From Squalus acanthias (Eukaryota): a DNA stretch of 64,000 nucleotides. Below, piece by piece: positions 51,633 to 64,000 of this stretch. Every line of letters begins with the position of its first letter. The stretch's first letter is position 1. The notes beneath the pieces were generated by a model. That model did no database searches. It was not told the DNA's origin and worked only from the letters and a program-made list of their open reading frames with translations. A program made the translations under genes and the position numbers. Where the stretch lies: NCBI GenBank assembly GCA_030390025.1, contig CM059431.1:108936001-109000000 (forward strand), written 5' to 3'.

Positions 51633-53346
51633 AGTTACAGCATAACTAGAGAATGAATTGTGTGCCGAAGAATCACTGAATACTGATTTACAAAGTTTCA
51701 GTTCTTTTGTGTCTGGCTTCAAGCTGCTCCCCCCACCCCCCCACAAACAGCACATTTTCCATATCTGAGTCAGACCAACTGAGGGCAGGTATTATACGCT
51801 GCCTGAAAGCTGCCACAGATGGTTTCTGGTATTTTAAGTTTTGGTTCTCACTAATTTTCCCCACTTGTGTCCTCCCCTTTCCCTCCTCTCCTGAAGCTTC
51901 TAATTCCTCACTGGACTACAGTTCTACAAGTAGCCCACTCATAGCTTCCTCCAAATGACCACTATTCATGCGTCAGCCTTGACAACATGAGCGGCCAGGC
52001 TCTTCTACCACAGGGACGCCACATAGTCCGATCTTGCGCTCACCCAGCATTATTACACAAGCACTTCAGCAGGGGTTGTAGGGTAGCGGTCAGAAGTGAA
52101 CACCCTGGTCGATTCCTCTCCCCGTCCCCCTCTCACTGGTCGAGAGATCCTGAAGACAAATGAAGGACCTTTGCCAGCGCCATGGCGAAGATTAGTTAAC
52201 TTAGCACAAACCCCGAGAGATTCCTAGCCTGTTTCCTCTTTAATCTTTGTGCAAACGGTAATTATGGAGCCTCCTTCTGTTTACATCACAAGTACTGCAC
52301 ACTTATCTCCAGTTACTAAAACAAGACATTTTGAGAATGCTTAATTACAATGTTTGCAGTCAACTGGAAGGGCAGCTGGAAAAATACCAGAACCATTTGT
52401 ATAAAATCACCAAGGGAACTATGAGTGTACCTAATGGCTAACCTATCACACTCTCCTTGGTACCCATAATCTGCCAATTTAATCTAGTTACGTATGCAGT
52501 GTTAGTTTAAATGTACTGGAATGAATGGTCAAAAGGTCAGAGGGACTCATAACTAGAAAATGCTCTCTGTTACCATGAACTACACAACAATGCATCATAT
52601 CCTTACAGTTGTGTGTATATTATAAATTTTATCCACCAAAAACACCCTCTTATCGGGATTACTTTATTTATTAGTTGATCTAATGTATTAGTCAACGCCA
52701 GATCCTGTTGTACAACCTTTTGCATAAACCCATACACGTTATTCAAATTGCCTCATTTGTTGTGATAGCAATCCAATGTAAATTGTCCTGACTGCTTGCC
52801 CTTCCACAGTACTCATTAGACTAATGAAAACCTTCAAACCAAAGAAAACCTAAACAACCTGCCAAAGAAGAGGTCTGAGCTTATTATGAAAATTGCAACT
52901 CTGGGAGCTGGTTGAAGATCTGTTCATTAATTCATCCTCAGCAAATTGCTAAGCAATTTACTTGCAGTCCTCTGCATTAATGGATTTTTTTTTAAACAAA
53001 ATTGTGTTTTTTTTTTAAAAGAGATGCACTTCTGCTGAAACAATTTCAGGTTATTCTAAATTATAATCATGTTTAACACTATTAGCAACAAGAAAACATT
53101 TGAATAATCATCTGGCTGTGAGGCTGAATGAAAATAATGAAATCCCGCAAGAATGTTTCCAGTCACATGGTGTTTACTCAGGGCATTACTTCAATTACAT
53201 TACACTGACTAAATTCTGCAAACCATAACCATTTTTATAATTAGGTTGCACGGTAACTAATGTACAGAACAGTCAAGAGTATATGGATGGGAAACAAGAA
53301 AACCTAATAGATTTCCCATAATGGTTTAGCAAAAGAAAAATAGCAT

Positions 53347-54105
53347 AGCCCAGAATTTGCTGGAGTGGGGCATCTCGCAACGTGCCCTCTTACTTATTCC
53401 TGCACCCTTCAGTTCAAAATTTTTTGCCCTGTAAGTTGCTGGAAGTGTGAGCTGATAATGCCGTGCCAAGGTCAACAGGGCATCTGGGACCTTGGTGAAC
53501 GATGGGACCAACAGGGCATCTCCTTTATCAATGAGATTTATAGATTGAGAAATAAACAGACTATGAAGGAGGGTGAATTAGAGTGGGTGAATTCAATGTC
53601 AAATCAGATACAGAAAAAGAAAGAAAGAAAGAGAGGGAAAGAAGATTAAGAGAGAGAGAAACAAAGTAAGAGACAGAAAGGAAAAGTAAGAAAAAACATT
53701 TTAAAAATTAAATTTGACAATTTTAAAATCTCCAACCTGAAAGAATGAGACTCCACAATTGTAATTGTTCACTTTCTGGGCCAGAGAGGTTGATTGGTAT
53801 AAATTAACAATCACCACATCGTTAAAAAGGTACTTATGCAATTAATTACTAGACTTAACTTTCTATGGCAAGTTTAGTGGGCAATTAGTGTGCAAATGCT
53901 ACAACTTCATGAAACCCATGGGGAGGTTAATTGTGAGATGCCATTTTCATGAAGTTAAAGGCGGAGCGGTGCAAATCATCCAGAAACCTCTGGTGATTCA
54001 CGATTCACGGAGTATCTCTTCCTCGCCACAAGTTGCTGGCCGATTTACAGATTAATATGGTGTACGTCGTTCACACGCAGTTATGTTTACAGCAAATTCC
54101 GGCCC
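53347..54105. mobile_element. PIF/Harbinger-type MITE; related partial copy at about 58652-58905
   Basis: TIR agcccagaatttgctg / cagcaaattccggccc; flanks cat and tat. Confidence 0.75.
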
Positions 54106-54292
54106 TATATGTTATTCTTTCTCTACCTCATGTTCTTCTTTTTTTTCTGTCCTCCTCTCCTGACTGATGATGGGGTACGGTTCCACTGGTGCCAATTGAA
54201 CCTTGGGTACCTCACCCAATGCTCAACTCTCATACAACCTTCACAGTAAGCATTGTGGGCTATTTAACCATTGAAAATAGCCCTCTTTATTT

Positions 54293-54846
54293 CAAGGGGT
54301 TGGAGTACAAGAGTAAGGAAGTCTTGCTGCAATTGTACAGGGCTTTGGTGAGACCTAAGGAAGGATATACTTGCCTTAGAGGGGGTTCATTAGATTGATT
54401 CCTGGGATGGGAGGGTTGTCCTATGAGGAGAGATTGAGCCTATACTCTACGGACTTTAGAAGAATGAGAGGTGATCTTATTGAAACATATAAGACTCTGA
54501 GAGGGCTTGACAGGGAAGATGCTAAGAGGTTGTTTCCCATGGTTGGAGAGTCTCGAACTAATAAGCATAGTCTTAGGTTAAGGGGTTGGCCATTGGACTG
54601 AGATGAGGAGAAATTTCTTCACTCAGAGGGTTGTCAATCTTTGGAATTCTCTACCCAGAGGGCTGTGGATGCTGAGTCGTTGAGTATATTCAAGGCTGAG
54701 ATCAATAGATTTTTGGACTCAAGGGATCAAGGGATATGAGGATTGGGCGGGAACATGGAGTTGAGGTCAAAGATCAGCCTGACCTTACTGAATGGCGGAG
54801 CAGGCGCGAGAGGCCATATGACCTATTCCTGCTCCTATTTCTTATA
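54293..54846 (+). mobile_element. CR1 LINE 3' fragment
   Basis: Encodes GLEYKSKEVLLQLYRALVRP and RRMRGDLIETYK, followed by CR1 3' UTR. Confidence 0.9.
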
Positions 54847-57800
54847 AAGTAAGCCTGAAGTTGTCCTCACCTGACATCCGTGCGTGAGCACATTCCATCA
54901 GGGATCAGCGAGTAGTGATGAAGGATGGGAACACTGGTTGATTTGCCCTTCACCCAGCCCATGGGTGCTGAGGCCAACTGTAGTGCCCCCATTGTTGCCA
55001 TGGCTGACATCAGCTAACTCTGCAAAGACTAGAGATCGAACCTGGAATCTCCATGAACCGTTAAAAATGGTTACATAATGGTTGAAATTCACAAAAAGGT
55101 ACGCAAGACCTCTGCAAGAATGAATATCTAAGGACCACGTGCAGAGGGATCCTTCCGTTCAAAAACTTGTCCCTGTTGCCCGCATCAATTCACTTTATAT
55201 AATAAATTGGAATTGCTTTGAACTGTTGTCGCTGGGCATGGAAGGGTGGCAGTGGTTTGACCACCCGTTTTACACCCTGCCCAATTTTCCTAGCCATTGA
55301 CTTCAGAGGGTGTAAAACGGCCTGACCCACTGCCACCCATTTCCCGACCCCATTCTCTTGCAGCGCTGTAGTGTTCCAGATTAAGAGGAGCAAGGTTCAA
55401 ATCCTGGCTCTTGCCCAGAGTGTGTCGAGGCATCAGAGCAGGACCGCAATTGCAGGTGGTAACATCTCCCTCCAAGGAAGAGGTAATGTTTGAGGAAAAT
55501 CAGCAGGGAGATTGATGCCTGAGAAGTTTGGCAGTGCTTGGGAGCAGACCATGAGTTTGCCCCATCAGCAGCAGAGTCACGTTGCCAGGTGGACCTCAAG
55601 ACGAGAGACAAGTAATAAAAACAACAAACAAAAAAAAAACATCCTGTTCTTTTAATAAGTACTCTGGTGTATTGTAGTTTTGGCTTTCTGCCTTTTGTTC
55701 TCTAAATATTTTTAAGTTCATGGCAGAAGCCCTTTCTTTTGCTTGATTTCTCAGTCTCTCGGGTGACTGAAGGTAGCACTTCTCTTCATCCATGAGTTCG
55801 CATGTGAGTGCCATCCAGCCCAAACCAAGCTGTTTTCTCATGGCCTCTTATGCTTCCATTGCTAGACAACAAAAAGCAGGTGAAGTGATGGGTAAGGAGA
55901 GCCCACAGTTTTCCTGACATTTGGATTGTCAGGCCTATGAGTTCAAGCTAGGAGTTAAACCTCTAGCTCACATCTTCTGAGTATCAGGTGACAGCAAAGC
56001 ATTAAGACTAGCCATGTCTTGCAGTCCTTCACCACCAAATGGAATGCTTTAGTGGAGGAACATTGCTCATCACCTGAGTGAGCACAAGAAGGAAAAACTC
56101 TTTAATGTTGGAATCTTAGTTCGGTTCCTTTTAACTTTGTGGAGATCCACACTGTGACGGATAACAACTACTCCATTATCGAGATGGTAAAATAAAACAT
56201 GTGAATTATGTATGATTTTTACTGTCTGGAGATTGGAGCAGATTTGAAATTCCAAATGGTTCAAGACACAAGCTGGTGTATGTAACATTTATACCAAGGG
56301 AGAATGATGCTGCTTTAGAGTTTTCATTTTGTAAGGCTCTATTCCTGGCATGCAATCTCACTGGATGGTAGTATGGATCAGAGATAGTCCTATTACACTA
56401 TAGGGCCTATTTTGGGATCCGTGCTTCCATCTAGCAATAATGCAAGCCAGGACTCTCACCTCCCAAAATTATCCTTCAGAAGTACAGCCAGGGAGATCAG
56501 AGGGGCTGAGGAATGGCTTACTTTTCATTGTCTTTGGCTGCAAACTATTTTGGCAAATACCCAAGCTAATGAAATAAGATTATACCAGTGAAAACACGGG
56601 TTTTTTTTTTTAAGAACTTGCAAGCACTGGAACTAACTTATTAGAAGGTGTTTTGTACATGGGAAAGCACACCTTGAATGCATTGTGGTTCACAGTCTGT
56701 TTTTGTCCAACCATTGGAACACAACTTCCTTTGCATTCCTATGTTATAAGATAAATATCTCCACAAGCGAGACTAACCAGATAAAACTTAATGAGCTACG
56801 GCTAGGATTGCAAGTGGAGATATTTATCATAACTCATGGCTGGATGAAATTTCATACTTGGAGTAAGCTTTCAACCAAAAAGAATTTTAATAAGCAGTTG
56901 AGGACTTGCTTTGTCATGTCATAGTGAAATCATACATGTAGAAATAGGATTTTATTTTCACTGGTTTTCCCACACATAAAGGTTGTAATTTGCAATACCG
57001 AATATAATTAGCGAACAGTAATATTCAAATAAGCACAAGAAAGCTTGGAATCAGCATAGGCCATTCAGCCCATCAAGCCCATTTTTCCCCTACAGTCCAT
57101 CGATATCTACCTCGAGCATGGGCTCTCCCATCCCACCGTGGATTTCTGATATTTTCTTCCTGACCCCCACATGAGTAAAACAGATCTATTACTATCTCTA
57201 TAACCCTCAATCCCCTTTCTCTTTAAAGGTTTCAACTGACTGAGAATTAATTACTTTTTTAGGAACAGAATCCTAATTGGTATAATGTGCAACACCATTA
57301 TGGTTAAGCGTGCATGTATGACTTTATATTCACTTAAGATGCCCTACACGAACATTTAATAAAAATGACTTACATGTTGTTGTATTTATAATCCTCAACA
57401 GTGTGTGGGAGCAAATGATTATTTCATTGAACTAGAATGCGATATACCCAGTGCTAATTCTCACAAGGTTTTAATATTGCTTTCATCGTTTTGAACCATC
57501 ACTGCATTAGGTAGCAAGAAATATTGCTCAGCCTCAGAACGACAAATGATTTCATGTTTTCTATTTATGTCCCATTGCAAGATCCTGGCAGTGATTTTGG
57601 CCTTTTCACTGCCCTAGGGTCAGGGAGAGGGGTGAGGGGAGGGAAATAGGAGGCCGTGGGGGGGGGGGGGGCAGGGGGAAATCGAAGGCCGGATCGGGGT
57701 AGTACGGCGGAGATTGGGGAGGGGAGAGCAGCGGCCTGCGTTCTTTAAAACGTGGGGCCGGGGGGGGGGGTGGACCAACCTTGCTCCTCCCGGCTCCGCA

Positions 57801-59102
57801 TTCAGGTACCTAAGTTTCAAAGCTCATCTATTTGGTAGCAGGCGGTCCTAAGGTCTGGTGTTCCTAAGACCAGCTGGCACCAGCTACATCAAGGCAAACC
57901 AATCTTGCAGTGGTGGTGGGGGGGGGGGGCCTCAAACAAGCGTTAGGCCCCTTTATTGTATATGCCAATGGGCTGTTTCGGGCACGGGCCTTGGACGTCT
58001 ATTTCTTTTCCTTCACCAATATGGCGGGTGGCGGACAGCGAACATCCTCCCAGAAATGTGCATGCGCTTCCTGCTCACCATATTGGGGCTGAGTAGACCG
58101 ATTAGCACCCGAACAATGACCACACATGCAGATATCAGAGGATTGCAGTCGTTCTGCTGTGATGATCACCATGTTGCAATGGTCGGCCAAAACCCACTGT
58201 CGAGGCTCACACAGGAAGAATGGTCTCTTGGTTATGTGGTAGATACAACAGACAACCGTGGGGCTGCCCCCTATCCAGGGCTCAGCACTTTCAGGAGAGA
58301 AGGATGGGAGAACATTATCCAAAAAAAGAAGCTTTGTTTTCTGTCACTTTGAACTTTATCAGATCATGAGTTACCTGAACTTTGGTAAAGTCATTCTGAA
58401 GGTATGGGAAACATATGAGACAATGGAATTCATTGTAACTAAACAGGTCATAAAATCATATGAAAGCACTGGCCACTGTATTTATTATACTCAGCCCATG
58501 GAGTTCCTGTTTTTTTTTAGATTGGGTAATGGTTCAATGACAGTATCCAGTCTACTCCCCTAAACAAGCACACTCCCATAAAGCACGGCATGCTCTGAAC
58601 ATTGTCCCATTCTGTTAGAGAATTATTTAGATGTAGATCATAGAACACAATGGGCTGAATCATGTTGGAAAAGGCGTGTTAACAACGTACGCTATTATTA
58701 ATGCGCAGATCAGCTAGCAAGTTCAGAGGATTAAGAGATACACAGCGAGTTGCGAATCTCCAGAACTTGCTGGTCGATTTACGCTGTTCTGCAATAAACT
58801 GCACCTCCTTTTTTTTTTAAGAACTTGCTGGATTTGCACATTAATTGTCCGTTAAACGCACTGCAGAAAGTTAAGGCTGGTAATTAACAGCGAAAATACC
58901 TTTAATGCTGAAGGGTGCAGGAAAAAGCTTAAGCTACCATTGTGCACCACAAGATGCGGCTCAATAAGAATTGTTGCTGGGGTTTAGAACAAAGCAGGTA
59001 TTAGCGCTGTGACAAGTTGAAAATAGGCCACCAGTAGAAGAATCTGCCTGAGTAAGTGCTGCAGTGAGTGCTGGAACACACATCAGGTGGACTGGATTTT
59101 AC

Positions 59103-59237
59103 CTTTTTCAGGGTGCATTCTTTTCGCTTCATGCCCTCCATCATGACAGGCAAGATCTCCTTCCTTGGGCCCAGGTAGGATAGTGGGGGACAACCCCAGC
59201 AAGGCCTGGTTAATCGACAATCCATTCTGATGGACAG
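59103..59237 (-). CDS. DACH1: Dachshund homolog 1, next internal coding exon (135 bp, phase 1 to phase 1)
   Basis: Acceptor ctttaactgatag, donor AAG|gtaaaa. Joins in frame to the previous exon: (P)VHQNGLSINQALLGLSPTILPGPKEGDLACHDGGHEAKRMHPEK(D), matching DACH1 PVHQNGLSMNQMLMGLSPNVLPGPKEGDLAGHD. Confidence 0.95.
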
Positions 59238-59515
59238 CTATCAGTTAAAGCAAACAATTTACTTTTCAGTAACCACGCAGTATAAAACAAGTGAGCTTCA
59301 GTAACACACCGTCGTCTCTGGGCCCTGTTTGGCACGATTTCCTTTGCACTAAGATTTTAATAAATCAAACATAATTACAAGCGTATTCCTGTCATTTTTC
59401 AGTTTTTCACAAACTGTGGGTGCTGATGACGTTGTTGGGTATACCATAGTGCAACAAAGTTGGGTTAATATTGGTAGCGAGGTAGCTTCACCTCGGGAGT
59501 CCCGTCACCACACGT

Positions 59516-59635
59516 GGACTGCAGTGGTTCAAGAAGGCGGCTCACCACCACCTTCTCAAGGGCAATTAGGGGTGGGCAATAAATGGTGGCCTTGCCAGCA
59601 ACGCCCGCATCCTGTGAATGAATTTTTTTTTTAAA
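59516..59635 (+). mobile_element. 3' end of a LINE, family not assigned
   Basis: ttcaagaaggcggctcaccaccaccttctcaagggcaattaggg (FKKAAHHHLLKGN*), recognised from memory as a common shark LINE terminus. Confidence 0.6.
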
Positions 59636-60706
59636 AGCTAGTCAGCAATCATTTAATTTCTTGCGCTCAGCATCCTGGCCAAGCCAATTGCCCTAATGGG
59701 GTCATCAGGACCCACGATTCGAACACAAGTATTCACAAAAAACTGAACAGAAATGGAGAATGAAAACAACATCAAAATTATGTAAATTTTTTCTTTTTAT
59801 CTGTTATTAAAAGGAGTCCTAATTGGAAGACCGTATTCACATATTGCTAGCTCCAGAGCGCAATGTTACGATACACATGGGCCACGCCTATTGATATTGC
59901 ACTTATCCCAGCATGTCGAAGACTTACTTCATATATTCCAGGACTTCCAGACTACATTGTTCATTATACAACAAGAACCCAGTGATTGTTGCGATTAAAT
60001 TAGTGGAGAACTTCCCCAATGGCCAAGTAGGTAAACTGGTGGGGGGCTGGGACCATAAGGATCCAGGTCCGATACCCCATTCTCTGCTGGAGCCGCAGTT
60101 TGGGGGCTACAGTTGTCTCAGCACCTCCAGACTAGGGAGGGGAAGAATCAGGCAGGGTATCCGACTCCATGATGCGCTCAACAGTGCCCCCCTCCTGGAA
60201 AGTCCACGTGCCCATCAGATAAGCTCTTATCCTCTCGATTGGCAATTAGTCCCAATGACATTCCGGGGTTGATTTTCCTGACCTTTGCCCCCTGGGGAAT
60301 GCAGGTGCGCTGCTACTATCCAGCATCAGGGCGGAGGGAGGCAAGGAAATATGCCCCTGCATGTCTAAGCTCACAGGTGAACAATGGGAAGGATAATGGT
60401 GGACTGCTGGCATCAGTGGAACCACATTCCAACAGCAGTCAGTGATTCAGGAGAGGAGGAAGGTAAAAAAAAATTAGGAAAAAAAATGACATTCAGATTC
60501 AACTGCAACGTAATCATTTCAAATACTATTGTGTCTTTATATTTGCTTTAGAATATGTAATCCCATTAATTTTATGTTACGGTGTTGATCTTCCTTCATC
60601 TTTGCCCTGTAAACCCACAAGTACACATACTGCATTGGAAGGATTCTTTAAATAAATTAGCCAAATGAAAAATTTAGTACAGAAAGTGTCGGTAGAAGGA
60701 ACTCAC

Positions 60707-60842
60707 GGATTCTATCGGAAGAGCTCTCAGTCCGAGCTGGCGAACTCGACACGCTGCTGCTCCGATGGGAAGAAGGATGACTCCCTGGCCGGCGGCCATC
60801 TTCCAGAGACGGAGCAGGCGACGGGCTGTCGGGAACACGTTC
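60707..60842 (-). CDS. DACH1: Dachshund homolog 1, internal coding exon (136 bp, phase 0 to phase 1)
   Basis: Acceptor ctgtcgttttgtag, donor gtgagt. Translation ERVPDSPSPAPSLEDGRRPGSHPSSHRSSSVSSSPARTESSSDRI(P) is near-identical to vertebrate DACH1 as I recall it; DACH2 differs in this region. Confidence 0.96.
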
Positions 60843-60946
60843 CTACAAAACGACAGCAGCAAAAGGTTGAAACAAGGAAGTGGCGAATGATACGGGCGCT
60901 CCGTGAGAACTAGGAAACTCAAGGTCTGAAACAGGGAGAGATTGAT

Positions 60947-61423
60947 AGAAAGAAAGAAAGACTTGCATTTATAGAGCACCTTTCACGACCACCGAACATC
61001 TCAAAGCACTTTACAGCCAATGAAGTACTTTTGAAGTGGAGTCACTGTTGTAATGTGGGAAACGCGGCAGCCAATTTGCGCTCAACAAACTCCCACAAAC
61101 AGCAATGTGAGAATGACCAGATAATCTGTTTTTGTTATGTTGGTTGAGGGATAAATATTGGCCAGGACACCGGGGATAACTCCCCTTCTCTTCTTCGAAA
61201 TAGTGCCACGGGATCTTTTACGTCCGCCTGAGAGAGAGAGCAGACGGGGCCTCGGTTTAACGTCTCATCCGAAAGACAGCACCTCCGACAGTGCGGCACA
61301 CCCTCAGCACTGCACTGGAGTGTCAGCCTAGCTTTACGTGCTCAAGTCCCTGGAGTGGGACTTGAACCCACAACCTTCTGACTCAGAGGCGAGTGTGCTA
61401 CCCACTGAGCCACTGGCTGACAC
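60947..61423 (-). mobile_element. tRNA-derived DeuSINE (SacSINE1-like), full length
   Basis: Reverse complement of the 22259-22720 family, with A and B boxes and (cttt)n tail. Ends about 105 bp upstream of the DACH1 acceptor. Confidence 0.9.
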
Positions 61424-63061
61424 TGACGCAAGAGAATAGCAAGAAAATATAGATAAATAATAAGAGGCATGTGAGGAACTAAATCCAATCACGGGGTTCC
61501 GATTACATCAAATCTGAAGCCATCTGTGAACGCCATTTAAATGGTTAGAACCCGATAGTGTTATACCACAGGTGCCAGTTGGACGCTGGCACCACCATAC
61601 ATCAATATGGATTTTGTAGTGCTAATTAATACCACTGTTCCTGCATCATTCTGGGTAGGCAAAGCAGAACACTCTGCAATGTGTAGACCTCTGCGTGTTG
61701 TTGCCCAAATGCCATTTAAATTGTTATTGTCACAAAGAGCTACTTTGTACCAGTTACAGCTCTACTATAGGTGATGTGGAGACAAAATAGCACGGGGCTG
61801 CCTCTTCAAAATCGATACAAACTGCCCAGTATAACTGGCCAGTTTCTCCTTCCCTTACATGTCTGCTATTTTATATTTATATACACAATGGAATCCTCAT
61901 ATGTAAATGCTTGGTATCTCAAATACATTTGCATTTCTCCATGAGCTGGTGAGGTTATGCAATTGCACTCAATGGTTGCATATCCAAAAAAAAATCAAAC
62001 CCATGTAGTTACATTATTTTCAGAGCCTAGTGATCCGTTAACAGTCATAGATTGCTTTTGGAACATGACTTTACCATGAAGAGCGACTCCCCCGCCTTAC
62101 ACTTTCACTCATTCTTTCCCAGGGACCACAAAACTGTGGAATTCCTTGCTTTCCTCAGTCTTTCCTTCCTTCTATAGCCCGTAGTTTCTTCTTTTCATAA
62201 ATCCAAGGTGAACATCAACTACTCATCTCTTCCTGATTCACCTTATTTTCTCTTTTCAACCTGTGATGGTGTCCTGTCCTATGGCCTTGGCCCTTCACTT
62301 GGGTTCCACAACCAAAGAAATATTTTTATCCATTATGGAAGGAGGAATGGCAAGAGGTATGGAGACAGACTTGGAGGACCAGCAAAATATCAACTCAAGA
62401 TTATATAATCGCACATACCACATTCTACATAAGCTCCACAAATTCCATTGCTATATACTAGGGGGCTGTGGCCAGAAAGCTACGCTCCTATATATATTCT
62501 GGATTCAGTCATTCTGGCCAGCAGTCCTAGAGGATAGAAGGACTATAAGCAGTCTTGCACTACAGGAGGAGGTATCTAGCAAGCAGAGTGAGGACACCCT
62601 ACAAATGTGCAGGCTAGCACTCTCCGACTACTAGCTGTAAGGTGCATCCTCCTCTGTGGCGAGTCATAGAGTTATCCAGCACAGAAAGAGGCCCTTCGGC
62701 CCATCGTGTCCGTGCCGGCCATCATGCCCTGTCTATTCTAATCCCATTTTCCAGCACTTGGTCCATAGCCTTGTATGCTGTGGCGTTTTCTCCTCAACAA
62801 ATAGGTAACTGAAGCACGTGGTGCATGTGTGGGACATATTCTAAATGGAAAGAGTCATATTCAGTCTCCACCGGGAAATGGAGAAACACCAAGCAGTCTG
62901 GGGCTCACTCTTGAAGGCTCACTCAGCGGAAAATGCCTTTCCTCCACCTCCCCACAAGCATAGCAATCGACCCATTGACCATGACGTGAAAAGACCGCAA
63001 CTGATATGATCACTAGTAAGCAGGGCCTCCACCCCACTTCGTTCCATCCTGGCCCCCAAAC

Positions 63062-64000
63062 TTAGGAGCATAGAAGCAGGAGTAGATCATTCAGCTCCTC
63101 GAGGCTGGTCCACCATTCAATGAGATCATGGCTGATCTGTACCTTAACTCCATCCACCCACCCACCCTGGCTCCATATCCTTTTATACACTTGTCTAACA
63201 AAAATGTATCTATCTTAGATTTAAAATTATTAATGAGCTAGCACTTATTGCTTTTTGTGGGAGTGGGTTGCACACTTCTACCACACTTTGCGTGAAGAAG
63301 TGTTTCCTAACTTCTCCTTTGAACGGCCTAGCTCTGAATTTAAGGTTATGGCTCCTTGTCTTGGACTCACCCACCAGGAGAAAAAGGTTTCTCTCTATCT
63401 ACCCTATCAATTCTTTTCAAAATCATAAAAACCTCAATCAAATCACCCCCCTTATCTTTTATATTCCAGGGAACACAAGCCTACTTTATGTAATCTCTCC
63501 TCATAATCTAAACCTTGGAGCCCTGGTAATATTCTGGTGAATCTGTGCTGCACTCCTTCCAAGGCCATTATATCCTTTCTAAGGTGCGATGCCCAGAACT
63601 GTCACCAGTACTCCAGATGTGGTCCAACCAGGGCTTTGTATAGCTGTAGCAAAACTTCCTCCCCTTTATATTCTAGCCCTCTAGTTATAAAGTCTAACAT
63701 TTCATTAGCTTTTTTGATTATTTATTGTACTTGACTACTACATTTTAGTGATCTATGTACATGGGCCCCTAAATCTCTTTGGACCTTCATGGTTCCTAGC
63801 TTTTTACCATTTAAATTTTTTTCGGATCTATCCTCTTTTGGTCCAAAATGAATGACCTCACACTTACCTACATTGAAATGCATACGCCACTGTTTCACCC
63901 ACTCATTTAATCTAACAATGTCTCTTTGCAATTTTATCCTCCCGCCTACACTACTTACTGTACCACCAATCTTTGTGTTATCAGCAAAATTGAATATATG
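63062..64000 (-). mobile_element. CR1 LINE 3' portion, degenerate, runs off the window
   Basis: Encodes FADNTKIGG, WRMHFNVGKCEVIHFG and QRDLGAHVH; CR1 3' UTR near 63065. Confidence 0.9.

Larger units (their letters stand above)
1..59102 (-). other. DACH1: Long DACH1 intron, continuing beyond the window start
   Basis: Follows the donor at 59102. The next expected exon (DETPLSTPTARD...SSIETLLTNIQ) was not found by eye or in the ORF track. Confidence 0.8.

Noticed and set aside
60665..60979. ORF-track ORFs overlapping the DACH1 exon
   Set aside because: Wrong strand or wrong frame; shadows of the real exon.

Overview
Vertebrate genomic DNA, most likely a cartilaginous fish (shark), judged from its repeat content: DeuSINE/SacSINE1-like SINEs, CR1, L2, RTE, Penelope-like and PIF/Harbinger elements. 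The only host coding sequence I can support is two consecutive minus-strand exons of dachshund homolog 1 (DACH1) at 60707-60842 and 59103-59237; neither is called in the correct frame by the ORF track. Positions 1-59102 appear to be one long DACH1 intron, because I did not find the next expected exon (DETPLSTPTARD...). The intron holds nested transposons and repeat-free blocks that may be conserved enhancers. Points of most interest: (i) six minimal hammerhead-ribozyme motifs in Penelope terminal repeats, four on the DACH1 sense strand; (ii) short fold-back Penelope insertions with 13-17 bp target duplications; (iii) a PIF/Harbinger deletion series whose MITEs carry perfect splice donors, a mini-intron, CRE/CCAAT motifs and inverted TGACAG hairpins. 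Repeat boundaries were read by eye and are approximate unless a TSD or TIR is quoted. Family names come from recalled sequence similarity; no database search was run.
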